A DNA stretch of 64,000 bases. Origin: a bacterium. GTDB lineage: Bacteria; JADJOY01. The translations under genes were made by a program, and so were the position numbers. Shown one piece after another: positions 9,791 to 19,484 of this stretch (position 1 is its first letter; every line of letters begins with the position of its first letter). The notes under the pieces were generated by a model that was not told the DNA's origin, did no database searches, and saw only the letters and a program-made list of their open reading frames with translations. The stretch is taken from contig JAXLQJ010000031.1 of the NCBI GenBank assembly GCA_046331705.1, positions 1 to 64,000 on the forward strand, written 5' to 3'.

Positions 9791-10167
9791 CCCTCCTCCC
9801 ATTCGAGCGATCGCTCGCGAATGCAACCGCGCGCGAGCCCCGTGTGCGTCGTCGATCCCCACGATGGCGACGATGGCGATCCTTCCATCGTCGCTCGATC
9901 GTTCACAGGTTCGAGCCTAACTCCGTCGCGCGGCGCCCGCCTGGGCTGCGCGGATCGAAGCCAGAGCCCGGTGGTCTCCACCGTGCGCCGGTATGCGTCC
10001 GGCGCCGGCGCGCGGCGGTTCGTGCGCGCCTCCGGGCAATCGCCGAGGCACGTCGAGGCATCGCTCGTCAAGGGAACGGAAGTGGCTCTTGCCAGGGGAA
10101 GGGGGCCGTAGTAACGACTCGCTAACCATCAGCGCCGGACGCGAGCCGTCCGGCAGGGGGAGACACC

Positions 10168-10665
10168 ATGCGAGTGATGTATTCGAAGACGTTGCTGGGC
10201 GCCGTCGCCGTGAGCGGAGCGCTGCTCGCGGGCTGCGGCTTCAACTTCGCGGGGACCTACCAGGGCTCCGTGACCGAAGCGATCGACGTGTGCACGGCGC
10301 AGTTCGATCTGGCGCCCACGCTCGCGTTCACCGGCTTCGGCTCCGGCTCGCCGGTCGCGATGAACTATGCGGTCACCGGCACCCTCGACATCACGGTGAC
10401 GGGGCCGGAGCCGTGCCCGATCGTCGTCAACTCGACGCTCGCCGGCACGGCGACGTCGGATAGCCCGGACGTGCTCACGCTGGCCGCCACCCTCACGAGC
10501 GGGTGCGCCGGCGCTGGATGCCCCGAGTCCATGACCTACGATGGCAACGGCAGCGACGCCGACGCCGACAACAACGTCGACACGATCCTCGGCGATCTCA
10601 TCGTCCAGCCCACCGACGACGTGGCGCTGGGCCCGTTCAGCCTGACGCTGACGCGCGTGCCGTGA
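10168..10665 (+). CDS. Hypothetical lipoprotein
   Basis: GGGAG RBS; lipobox LLAG-C; Thr/Asp-rich beta-type sequence. Confidence 0.75.
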   Translation: MRVMYSKTLLGAVAVSGALLAGCGFNFAGTYQGSVTEAIDVCTAQFDLAPTLAFTGFGSGSPVAMNYAVTGTLDITVTGPEPCPIVVNSTLAGTATSDSPDVLTLAATLTSGCAGAGCPESMTYDGNGSDADADNNVDTILGDLIVQPTDDVALGPFSLTLTRVP

Positions 10666-10826
10666 CGGTCGCGCGCTAGCACCGCGCGCTCCGCGCTCGT
10701 TCCTCCGGATGGCCGGGACTCCCCCTCTCGGCCGCCGGGCGACGACGCGGATCCTGGGCCGATCGGGCTCGGCGCGTGCGCGCGAAGCATCCGCCCCGCG
10801 ACGTCGCCTCCGGCTGACCTCCCGGG

Positions 10827-11288
10827 TCAGAGCAGCCTGGGCACCGGCTGGCCGTTGGCTTCGAGGACCTGGACGTAGCGTTCCACCATCGCGGCGGCGT
10901 CCTCGAGCATCCAGATCTCGCCGTCGTCGTTCACGAGCGCCATGCCGTTGTTGACGACGAACAGGATCACGGCGGGCTCGGTGGAGTCTTCGGGGACGTC
11001 GAGGGTGTGGATGGCACCGGCGGGCTCGTACACGTAGCCGCCGGGTGTCGCCCACCAGTCGTATTCGAGGTAATGCCAGCGCCCCGAGATCGTGTACGCG
11101 TGCACGTCGCCGAAGTGCTTGTGGCGCGGTAGCCGGATGCCCGGCGCGAATCGGGACAGCAACGTGTAGCTGTTCTGCACCAGCGAGGCGCGGAGCACCT
11201 TCACTTCGATGCCGTCGATGAACTGCGCCCAGGGGTAATCGTCGAAGCGCGCGACCACGGTGGTCGGCGTCTGCGGAAGCGCGGTCAT
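10827..11288 (-). CDS. Cupin, 2,4'-dihydroxyacetophenone dioxygenase / ChrR-like family
   Basis: PRHKHFG.VHAYTISGRWHYLEYDW.A.PGGYVYEPAG.IHTL cupin motifs; AGGAG RBS. Confidence 0.85.
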   Translation of the reverse strand: MTALPQTPTTVVARFDDYPWAQFIDGIEVKVLRASLVQNSYTLLSRFAPGIRLPRHKHFGDVHAYTISGRWHYLEYDWWATPGGYVYEPAGAIHTLDVPEDSTEPAVILFVVNNGMALVNDDGEIWMLEDAAAMVERYVQVLEANGQPVPRLL

Positions 11289-11358
11289 GGGGAGCTCTCC
11301 TGCGTCGCGCGGCGTGGCGCAACGCGCTGTGCGATGAAGCGGATGGCGAATCCGGCCG

Positions 11359-12858
11359 TCATCGGCCGAACCCGAAGCGCACGATGGCGTCCAGCAAGCG
11401 GGCACGTCGCGCGGAGTAGGGAAACCAGGACCATTCGCGCCCGAGACCGAGGCGATCGGCGAAGATCGCCTGGCGTACGCAGAACTGCCGCAAGCCCTCG
11501 GCGCCGCCGTGGCGGGTGCCCACGCCGCTTTGCTTGAGCCCGCCGAACGGAAGCGCGGAGACCGCCGCCACCAGCACGCATTCGTTGATGCACACGCTGC
11601 CGCTCTCGATGCGCTCGGCCACGGCGAGGCCGCGCGGCAGATCACGCGTCCACACGCTGGCGCTCAAGCCGTGCTCGCAGTCGTTCGCGAGCGCCACCGC
11701 TTCGTCGGCGTCACGCACGACTTGCACGGGAATCACGGGGCCGAAGGTCTCCGCGCGCATGATGTCCATGCGGTGATCGACGTCGACCACCAGCGTGGGC
11801 GGGAAATACGCACCCGCGGCGGACTCGGTGCGAGCGCCGCCGACGAGCACCCGGGCCCCCTTCGCGCGCGCGTCCGCCAGGTGCCGTTCGACGATCTCGA
11901 TCTGGCGCGGCCCGATGAATGGGCCGAGATCGGCGTCGGTCTGGGCAACCGCAGGACCGTGGCGCAGCGTGCGCAGCTCCGCTTCGAGCTTGCGCGTGAA
12001 CTCCGCGGCGACGCTTCCTTCGACGTACACCCGCTCGACCGACATGCACACCTGGCCCGTCATGAGGCAGCCGCCCCAGGCGGCGGCACGGGCAGCGCGG
12101 TCGAGGTCGGCGTCGCCGAGCACGATCATCGGATCGTTGCCGCCCAGCTCCAGCAGCACCGGCGTCAGGCGCCTGCTGGCTCGCTCCATCACGCGGCGGC
12201 CCGTGGCCGACGAGCCTGTCACGCACACCATGTCGACGTGATCCACCAGCGCCGCGCCGGTCTCGGGGCCGCCCACGACGACGCTCAGGATTCCCGGCGG
12301 CAGCACCCGATTGAGCGCGGCGACCGCCTCGAAGACCGCCACCGGCGTGATCTCCGAAGGCTTCACGATGACGGCGTTGCCGGCGACCAGCGCGGGTAAG
12401 GCGTCCACGAAGGTGAGGTGAAGCGGTGCGTTCCACGGGCCGAGCACGCCCACCACGCCGCGGGGTTTGTAGGTCACGTAACCGCGCTTGCCCACGAACG
12501 GCGCCGCGCTGACGCGTTCGCGGCGTAGCCAGCGCGGCGCCTTCCGGGCCAGCGCGCGCAGCTCCAGGCAGATGCCGAGGAGCTCGCCCACGACGTCCAC
12601 GCGCGGCTTGCCGGTCTCCGCCGCGAGGGCGTCGAGGACCGCCGCGCGCCCGCGCACCAGCTCGCGCCGCGCGGCCTCCACGATGCGAACGCGTTCCTTC
12701 ACGGGCCGCGCTCCCCACGCGCGCTGCGCGCCGCGCGCCCGTTTCGCGATGGCGGCCACCGTCGCCGGCTCGTCGATGGCGAGCTCGCGAAACACGATGC
12801 CGCGCGCGGCGTCGCGCACGGCGAGCGCCGGGCGAGGTGGCGAGTCGGTGCTGGTCAC
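11359..12858 (-). CDS. Aldehyde dehydrogenase
   Basis: PWN, KPSE, TGS, LELGGND (catalytic Glu), GQVC (catalytic Cys), ETFGP, PFGG; GTG start overlaps P450 stop. Confidence 0.93.
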   Translation of the reverse strand: MTSTDSPPRPALAVRDAARGIVFRELAIDEPATVAAIAKRARGAQRAWGARPVKERVRIVEAARRELVRGRAAVLDALAAETGKPRVDVVGELLGICLELRALARKAPRWLRRERVSAAPFVGKRGYVTYKPRGVVGVLGPWNAPLHLTFVDALPALVAGNAVIVKPSEITPVAVFEAVAALNRVLPPGILSVVVGGPETGAALVDHVDMVCVTGSSATGRRVMERASRRLTPVLLELGGNDPMIVLGDADLDRAARAAAWGGCLMTGQVCMSVERVYVEGSVAAEFTRKLEAELRTLRHGPAVAQTDADLGPFIGPRQIEIVERHLADARAKGARVLVGGARTESAAGAYFPPTLVVDVDHRMDIMRAETFGPVIPVQVVRDADEAVALANDCEHGLSASVWTRDLPRGLAVAERIESGSVCINECVLVAAVSALPFGGLKQSGVGTRHGGAEGLRQFCVRQAIFADRLGLGREWSWFPYSARRARLLDAIVRFGFGR

Positions 12859-14237
12859 GAGTCGGCTGCGCCGCGCTGGAGGAAGGCCGGCAACCCGCTC
12901 TCGGGATGGAGCGTGGGCACGTACTTGAGGAGCGGGTCGCCCGGCTCGACGATCAGCGCGAACTCGGCGAGCAGCAGCGACGCCACGATCTTCGCTTCCA
13001 GGAGCGCGAAGGCCTGCCCGATGCAGAGCCGCGCACCGCCGCCGAAGCCGACCAGCGCGTACGGTGCGTGCGGCGCCGCCCGGTGCTCGCGACGCGGAGC
13101 GAGGAATCGCTCGGGGTCGAAACGGTCGGGATCGGCGAACACGCCGGCGATGCGATGCGAGGCCCACGGCGAATAGCTCACGGTCATCCCTGGCTCCAGC
13201 CGGAAACCGTGGAAGTTGAAGGGCTCGAGCACCCCCCGCTGGCACAGGCTGATCGGAGGCCACATGCGCTCGACTTCCTTGAGCGTGGCGTCGAGGAAGG
13301 TGAGCTGCTCGAGGTGAGCGAGGCTCAGCTCCGCCTCGCCGCGCGCCGCGCGCTGCTCGGTCCGAAGACGAAGCGCCACCTGTGGTTGATCGCGCAACGC
13401 GAGCGCCCAGCTGGTGAGCATGGAGGCCGTGGTCTCGTGACCGGCGAAGGTGAGGATCACGCATTGCTCGACCAGCTCGTCCTCGCTCAGCGCTGCACCC
13501 GACTCGTCCCGCGCGCTGATCAGGAGCCCGAGCGCGTCCGCGCCGGGGTGAGCACGCCGCTCGCGGATCACGCCGCGCAGGTGGCGCTTGAGCTCGTCGA
13601 GGGCGCGCAGCGCCTTGCCGTAGGGCGTGAACGGCACGTCGACACGTGGAAAGAAGATGGCGCCTCGCGCCAGGTCGTCGTTGAGCTGGCGCAACCGCGC
13701 GAGGTCGAGACCCGAGTCCACCCCGAGCACCAGCCGCGCCATGATCTCGAACGTCAGGTCGCGAAACCGCTCCAGCGCGAGGCTGCGGCCTGCGCGTGCC
13801 CAGTCCTCGAGGTGCTCGCGGGCCACCTCGTGCATCACCTCGAAGTAGCGCTGCACGCCGAGCTGATGGAAGGCCGGCATCATGAGCGTGCGATTGCGGC
13901 GATGGACCTCGCCGTCCTGGAAGAGCAACCCGTCACCCAGCACGTCCCGGACGATCTTGTAGCCCTCGGCGTGCGAGAGCTTGTCGCGGTGCGTGGTCAT
14001 CACCGCTCGGTTCGCCTCGGGACCGATGAGCGCCACCATCTCCATGCCGAAGAGCTGGAAGCGGAACACCGGCCCGAGGGCGTGATAGCCCTCGAGGAGG
14101 TAACGGCCGGGATGGGAGAGGATCCGGCGCGGTGCCCCGAGCCAGGGCAGCCCCCGATGACGAGGGATGCGCGTCGCGCGTGCGGGCGTCGGGGCGGGCG
14201 CGCTCGCGGGCGCCGAGACCTCGGGGGCGGTTTCCAT
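12855..14237 (-). CDS. Cytochrome P450
   Basis: AGHETT I-helix, EVER ExxR, FDPERF, FGGGARLCIG heme-Cys motif. Confidence 0.96.
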   Translation of the reverse strand: METAPEVSAPASAPAPTPARATRIPRHRGLPWLGAPRRILSHPGRYLLEGYHALGPVFRFQLFGMEMVALIGPEANRAVMTTHRDKLSHAEGYKIVRDVLGDGLLFQDGEVHRRNRTLMMPAFHQLGVQRYFEVMHEVAREHLEDWARAGRSLALERFRDLTFEIMARLVLGVDSGLDLARLRQLNDDLARGAIFFPRVDVPFTPYGKALRALDELKRHLRGVIRERRAHPGADALGLLISARDESGAALSEDELVEQCVILTFAGHETTASMLTSWALALRDQPQVALRLRTEQRAARGEAELSLAHLEQLTFLDATLKEVERMWPPISLCQRGVLEPFNFHGFRLEPGMTVSYSPWASHRIAGVFADPDRFDPERFLAPRREHRAAPHAPYALVGFGGGARLCIGQAFALLEAKIVASLLLAEFALIVEPGDPLLKYVPTLHPESGLPAFLQRGAADS

Positions 14238-15103
14238 CAACCGTCGATCCCGCGAAGCGGCTCCATCGCGCCGGGCGTGGCGGCGTCGTCGAAGCGCGCT
14301 GGCGGCAGCAACGCTCGCGCGCACGCGAACGCGAAGAGCGCCGTCAGCGCCAGACCGTTCACGATCAGCAAGCCGCCTGGCACCTCCTGCGGTAGCTCGC
14401 TCGCGAAGACCAGGTGAGCGGTGATGGCGATCATGAAGAGGAAGACGCCACCGCACGACATGATTCCGAGCAGCGGCTGAAACGGCAGCGCGAACAGCGG
14501 TCGCGGTCCGAGCCCCCGCCGCGCGAGCCAGCCATCGAGCGCTTGGTTGGCGAACGCCACGACACCGCAGGTCACGAACCATCCCAGGTAGTTGGTGAGC
14601 GGCACGCCGAAGTGCAGCGCTGGCGAGTGGTAGTGGTAGAGGTCGCCCAGGAACCAGTGCGAGCCCAAGAGCGAGATCGGATCGATCACCAGGTCGAGCC
14701 AGACGGTGATTCCCGCGGCGACCAGCGCCACCTTGGGCGAGCGATCGAGGGTGGCGTCGTCGACTCGCCGCATGCCCGCGCCACGTCCGGCGATGCGACC
14801 CAGCAGCGTGCGCGCCGTGGTGAACGCGAAATAGCTCAGGAACGCGAAGCTCAGGCTCGCGAAGAGGGGAATTCCCGCGAGCCACAGCTCATCGGGAAAG
14901 TTCTGCGGGTGGTAGCTGTACATCCCGAACGGGAACCCGGTGCGAATGCTCGACGCCTCGGCGGCCCAGCCCACGAACGTGCCGAGCGCGAGCCAGGTCA
15001 GCAGGCCGAGAACACCGCGCTCGGCGAGCGCGATCACAAGAAAGCCGACCAGAAACGCGACCACGTACGGTCGATGGACCCACATCGCGTGCACGTAGCT
15101 CAT
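14237..15103 (-). CDS. CruF-like carotenoid biosynthesis membrane protein (carotenoid 1,2-hydratase family)
   Basis: AE.SSI.TGFPFG.Y.Y, GIPL, DLVIDP, FGVPLTNY.GW motifs; multi-TM. Confidence 0.8.
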   Translation of the reverse strand: MSYVHAMWVHRPYVVAFLVGFLVIALAERGVLGLLTWLALGTFVGWAAEASSIRTGFPFGMYSYHPQNFPDELWLAGIPLFASLSFAFLSYFAFTTARTLLGRIAGRGAGMRRVDDATLDRSPKVALVAAGITVWLDLVIDPISLLGSHWFLGDLYHYHSPALHFGVPLTNYLGWFVTCGVVAFANQALDGWLARRGLGPRPLFALPFQPLLGIMSCGGVFLFMIAITAHLVFASELPQEVPGGLLIVNGLALTALFAFACARALLPPARFDDAATPGAMEPLRGIDG

Positions 15104-15261
15104 GCGTCGGGCTCCACGGGATGCCGCCCCTCGAGGGGCCGAGCCGCGCCATCCTAGTGCCGAAGACGACTGGGGTGAACCCCGAAATGACGGCGCCGGT
15201 CGCCGCCGCCGCGGGGCGGGGCCACCTGCGGCGCGCCGGTCCCGCGGCGATCAGCGGTACG

Positions 15262-16695
15262 TCATCGCAGCGCGAGGGTGGTCGGTTGCCAGTCGGGAGC
15301 GGCGATCTTGCGGAAGCTCGCGAATCGGTCGAGCGTGGGCGCGCGGACCTCGGTGGCGAGATCCGTGGCGCGTAGCACCTCGAAGCTGCGCTTGCGCTGG
15401 CGATCGGCGACGACCTCGCGCACGACCGCCAGCTTGGCGCCGTCGGGAGAGAGCCCGGCCGCCTCGACGTAGCCCACGCCCGGCTCGCTGGCGGCGGGCA
15501 CCACCAGCTCGAACGACCAGCCCGCGGCCGACTCGTGAAAGAGCCAGAGCTCCGACCACGCCGGCAGCGGTTGCGCCGATACGGTCACGGCATTGCCGCG
15601 GGCGGCGACCCGCACCGATTGCGGCCACAGCACTCCGAAGGTGCAGCGCTGCGCCAGCGGGGGCTCGCCGCCGCCAGCGTCTTTCGCGGCGCGCCGGATT
15701 CGGATGCAGCTCTGGCCGTCGTCCTGCCGTTCGACGGCGACGGAAAGGCGCCCTCCCGCCGCGGGAGCCGCGGGCTGGCCGAGGCCGACGGCGCCGCGCA
15801 CCGCCGCGACGCGCACGATCGCCTCGTCGCGGGAGAACGCGTCGTCGGCGGCGAGCGCGCCGCGGTCGGTTTGGGAGATCTCGAAGACCGCGCGGGTCGC
15901 CGCCTCGCGGGCCCGATCGGGGTCGGCGATCGACGCATACGCATGCGCGAGCGTCGCGAGCACGGCGGCGCGCCGGATGCGCAGCGCGCCGCTCAGGTGC
16001 GCGGGCAGCGTGCTCGGTTCGACCTGGTCGAGGACCTCGCGCCGCCACTCGTTCCAGGCGCGAAGCACCACCGGGCTCACGTCGTTCGCGAGCTCGCTGT
16101 CGCGGGTGAGCGCCAGCGCCGCGCGCGCACGCGGGGCGGGGTCGGTGCCGGTGGCGAGCACGGTCCGGTAGGCATCGCCGTCGTAGCTGGTGCGCACGCG
16201 GCCATCGCGCTCCGTGCTCACGAAGCGCACGCCGTAGCTCTCGGCGACGGCGCGATGCTCGGCGAGCGCGGCGCCCGGCGACGTCTGCTGGGGTGCCGAG
16301 ATGCGACGAGCCAGCCGATCGGCCATGACACCGATGGCGTCGTAGACGTCCGCGACCGCATCGGCTGGACCGGCGCAACGCAGGTAGAGCCCCGCGTAGC
16401 CGATCCCCAGGCTCTCGGAGCCGGGTGCGTCGCGCAGAAAGCGCACGATCGCGCCCAGCTCGGCCGCCGTCTCGCCGGCCATCGGGTAAGTGCGGACGCG
16501 CCACGGGCGGACGTAGCCCGGGCGCTCGCGCCGGTGGTCCCACACCTGGAGGAAATCCGGCGTCTCGCCGCGCACCTCCAGCCAATCGCCGCGCCAGAGC
16601 TCGGCCTGGCGCGGGGCGGCGTCGTTGGGGGCGGCGCGTAGCGGGGTCGAATCCTCGACCACGATCGCGATCACCAGTGCCAGCGCGGGGATCAT
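15262..16695 (-). CDS. Conserved hypothetical protein with N-terminal SH3-like domain, coupled to SPFH gene
   Basis: LRAAP...LWRGDWLEVRGE...LQVWDHRRERPGYVR SH3-like pattern; ATGA overlap with SPFH stop. Confidence 0.7.
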   Translation of the reverse strand: MIPALALVIAIVVEDSTPLRAAPNDAAPRQAELWRGDWLEVRGETPDFLQVWDHRRERPGYVRPWRVRTYPMAGETAAELGAIVRFLRDAPGSESLGIGYAGLYLRCAGPADAVADVYDAIGVMADRLARRISAPQQTSPGAALAEHRAVAESYGVRFVSTERDGRVRTSYDGDAYRTVLATGTDPAPRARAALALTRDSELANDVSPVVLRAWNEWRREVLDQVEPSTLPAHLSGALRIRRAAVLATLAHAYASIADPDRAREAATRAVFEISQTDRGALAADDAFSRDEAIVRVAAVRGAVGLGQPAAPAAGGRLSVAVERQDDGQSCIRIRRAAKDAGGGEPPLAQRCTFGVLWPQSVRVAARGNAVTVSAQPLPAWSELWLFHESAAGWSFELVVPAASEPGVGYVEAAGLSPDGAKLAVVREVVADRQRKRSFEVLRATDLATEVRAPTLDRFASFRKIAAPDWQPTTLALR

Positions 16696-17951
16696 CGCTC
16701 GGCCCCTTCATCCGAGTCGGAGTCCGGCTCGGCGGCGGCTGACGCGGATGCGCCGTCGGTCTGCGGCGCCCGCGCTCGACTGGAGCCCGCGAGCAGGCCC
16801 TCGGCGAAGAATCCCGCCCGCGGCGGCGGCGCCACGATCACCTGGATCTTGTCCGAGAGCTTGTCGGCCACGGTCTTCTGGATGAGCAGCGGGTTCTGAG
16901 CGATCAGCACCGAGTCGCGGGCGAGCTGCTCGGATGCCGCCTTGCCCGTGACCTCGATGCGATAGGCGTCGGCCTCGGCGAGCTTGCGGCGGGTGTTGGC
17001 CTCGGCGTCGGCCTCGATGGCGCGAGCGGTCGCTTCGGTCTCGGCTTGCTTGATGCGGTGCACGCGCTCGGCCTCGGACTCGAGACGCTGCTGCTCGATC
17101 TCCTTCTCCTTGAGCGGCAAGAGGTGCGTCATGGCCTCGACACGGCCGCGGGCGGCGATCACCTCCTCCTGGGCGGCGGCTTCGGCCTGCTTGGCGCTGG
17201 CGACCTTGCGCGCCTCCGCTTCGAGCTCGGTCTCCTTGACCTGCTTCTCCTTGAGCTCGAGCGTGAACCGCATCTTCTCGCTGGCGAGCTCTTCGGCGAG
17301 CAGGCGTTCGATGCCCTCGCGGTAGTCGCCGGGCAGGTCGACGCTGCCGAGGGTCACGCTGTCGATGCGGAAACCCTTGGGCTCGAGGCGCGCGCGGATC
17401 GCGCTCTCGATCTCGTTCTGGATGGGCACGCGCTGGGTCGCGAAGATCTCGCGCACGGTGTGCTGCGCGAACACCCGTTGCCCGATCCCGTCCACCACCG
17501 GCTCGATGAAATCGTGCCCCAGGTCCTCGGGAAGGCCGCGGGCGATCTGCTCGATGCGCGCGGGATCGATGGCGAGCTCGACCGAGAGCTCGACACCGAT
17601 CGACAGGCCCTCGGAGGTCTTGAACGGCGCCTCGCTGGACGCCCGCGCGCTGCGCACGCTGCGGTAGACCTGGGTGCGAGTCGGAACGCGGCGCACGCGA
17701 TGCACACCCGGCACGCTCACGAAGCTGCCTGCGCCGATGACGGTCATGCCGCCGGTGAGGCGGCTGGTGCGGATCGCGACCTCGCCGGGCTCCACGGCTT
17801 GGAGCGGTGGATGGCGCAGCATCGCGGTGCCGCCTGCGGCCGAGGCGGCGATGGCGAGGCCCGTGAGGATGGCGCCGGTGGCGATGCGTCGGCGGTGACG
17901 TGTGGGTGAGGAAGCAGGGCGCTCGTTTCCGGGAAGCAGCGTGTCGTCCAT
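16692..17951 (-). CDS. SPFH / Band 7 / prohibitin domain protein
   Basis: N-terminal hydrophobic anchor, VEPGEVAIR, TSEGLSIGVEL, VDLPGDY, long EA-rich coiled coil. Confidence 0.88.
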   Translation of the reverse strand: MDDTLLPGNERPASSPTRHRRRIATGAILTGLAIAASAAGGTAMLRHPPLQAVEPGEVAIRTSRLTGGMTVIGAGSFVSVPGVHRVRRVPTRTQVYRSVRSARASSEAPFKTSEGLSIGVELSVELAIDPARIEQIARGLPEDLGHDFIEPVVDGIGQRVFAQHTVREIFATQRVPIQNEIESAIRARLEPKGFRIDSVTLGSVDLPGDYREGIERLLAEELASEKMRFTLELKEKQVKETELEAEARKVASAKQAEAAAQEEVIAARGRVEAMTHLLPLKEKEIEQQRLESEAERVHRIKQAETEATARAIEADAEANTRRKLAEADAYRIEVTGKAASEQLARDSVLIAQNPLLIQKTVADKLSDKIQVIVAPPPRAGFFAEGLLAGSSRARAPQTDGASASAAAEPDSDSDEGAER

Positions 17952-18176
17952 CGCGTGCCCGACCTCCGTGCCGGGCGATCGAAGCGGGTTCGAGCGACGA
18001 CGAAAGCAAACGCGTCGCCAGGCGCGGGTCGTGGGCGACGCTGCGCGCGCGGCGCTGGCTGCGCACGGCGCGCTGCACGATTCCTGCGCCAAATCGCGGC
18101 AGAATCGGTACGGCCTCCTGCGCGTGATCGGCGAGCGCCCATGTTCCGAACCGGCCATCCCGCCCAGCGTGTGTGG

Positions 18177-19076
18177 ATGCGGATCCACGGCGTGTGCGCG
18201 CACCCACGCCTCGGGCGTTGGGCTCGGAGCACCGCGGGTTCGTGGGTGATCCCCGTCACGCTCGTGAGCGCGATCACGCCCGCAGCGGCAGGGACGCTCC
18301 GCTATCCGTGGCTCGCGAGCGGCGAGGCGCGGCCCGGGATCGCGGAGCGAATCGCGCCGCCACGCGGGGCGGAACGAATCGCCCTGGCCGCGGATGATTT
18401 CGGCGAGTGGCTGCGCCAACTGCCGCTCCTGCCGGGGACGCCGGACGTGCTGCTCTTCGACGGCTCGCCCAAGCACGACCAGACCGCCCACGTCGCGGTG
18501 CTCGACCTGGACGTCGGCGAGCGCGATCTCCAGCAATGCGCCGATGCCGTGATCCGGTTGCGCGCTGAATGGCTGCGTGCGTCGGGTCGGGCCGACGCGA
18601 TCGGCTTCCGTTTCACGTCGGGAGACCTGGCCCGTTGGTCGGCCTGGCGGACCGGCGAGCGGCCCGTGGTGCTGGGTCGCTTCGTGCGCTGGTTCCGGCG
18701 GGCTGGCCCGGACGATTCCGATGCCAGCTTCCGCGCGTACCTGGACACGGTCTTTCGCTACGCGGGCTCCGCGTCACTGGAAGGCGAGCTGGTGCCGGTC
18801 GAGGCCGAGAGCGCGGTGCTGCCTGGCGACGTCTTCATCCAGGGCGGTCACCCGGGGCATGCCGTGCTGGTGGTGGACGTCGCCGCGGACCCCACGACGG
18901 CGCGGCGCTATTTCCTCCTCGCCCAGAGCTACATGCCCGCGCAGCAGGTCCACGTGCTGCGCAACCCGGCCCGCGCCGACGCGTGGTACGTGGCCGGCGC
19001 GCCGGGCCCGCTCGTCACGCCCGAGTGGGTGTTCCCGCCGCGCTCCCTCCGGCGCTTCCCCGCGCCGCTACGTTGA
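18177..19076 (+). CDS. DUF4846 domain protein
   Basis: FGEWLRQLPL, DLQQCADAVIRLRAE, PGDVFIQGGHPGHAV.VVD, LLAQSYMPAQ. Confidence 0.85.
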   Translation: MRIHGVCAHPRLGRWARSTAGSWVIPVTLVSAITPAAAGTLRYPWLASGEARPGIAERIAPPRGAERIALAADDFGEWLRQLPLLPGTPDVLLFDGSPKHDQTAHVAVLDLDVGERDLQQCADAVIRLRAEWLRASGRADAIGFRFTSGDLARWSAWRTGERPVVLGRFVRWFRRAGPDDSDASFRAYLDTVFRYAGSASLEGELVPVEAESAVLPGDVFIQGGHPGHAVLVVDVAADPTTARRYFLLAQSYMPAQQVHVLRNPARADAWYVAGAPGPLVTPEWVFPPRSLRRFPAPLR

Positions 19077-19082
19077 GTCGCG

Positions 19083-19484
19083 TCAGCCGTCGCGGCGTGA
19101 GTCGGCGCCGACGCGCAGCGTGCAGTGGCCGAGCACCAGGCCCGCGCCGGCTGCGTCGTCATCGGGGAGCGGCACCTCGAGCACGGCGGTGTGGAGCGAG
19201 GTGCCGTCGCCCAGACTTCCCGAAAGCCGCGCGTGCCGAGCGCGAATCTCGCCGATGATCTGCCCCGCGGACTCGAGGCGTTCGACCTCGATGCGTCCGT
19301 GCACGGAGGCACCGGTGGCGATCGACAGGCTCGGCGCGTGGACGTCGCCGACGAGCTTGCCCTCCACGACCACGCCCGCTTGGCCGCGGATCGTGCCCTG
19401 GATCTCGGTGCCCGCGGCGATGACGGTGCGCGGTGGCGTGCCGGCGTCCATGGCGTGATTCTCCTCGGTACGGGTCGCGCTCAT
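19083..19484 (-). CDS. Polymer-forming cytoskeletal protein (bactofilin)
   Basis: TVIAAGTEIQGTI...VVVEGKLVGDV...LSIATGASVHGRI beta-helix pattern; ATGA overlap with upstream stop (alternative start 19451). Confidence 0.8.
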   Translation of the reverse strand: MSATRTEENHAMDAGTPPRTVIAAGTEIQGTIRGQAGVVVEGKLVGDVHAPSLSIATGASVHGRIEVERLESAGQIIGEIRARHARLSGSLGDGTSLHTAVLEVPLPDDDAAGAGLVLGHCTLRVGADSRRDG

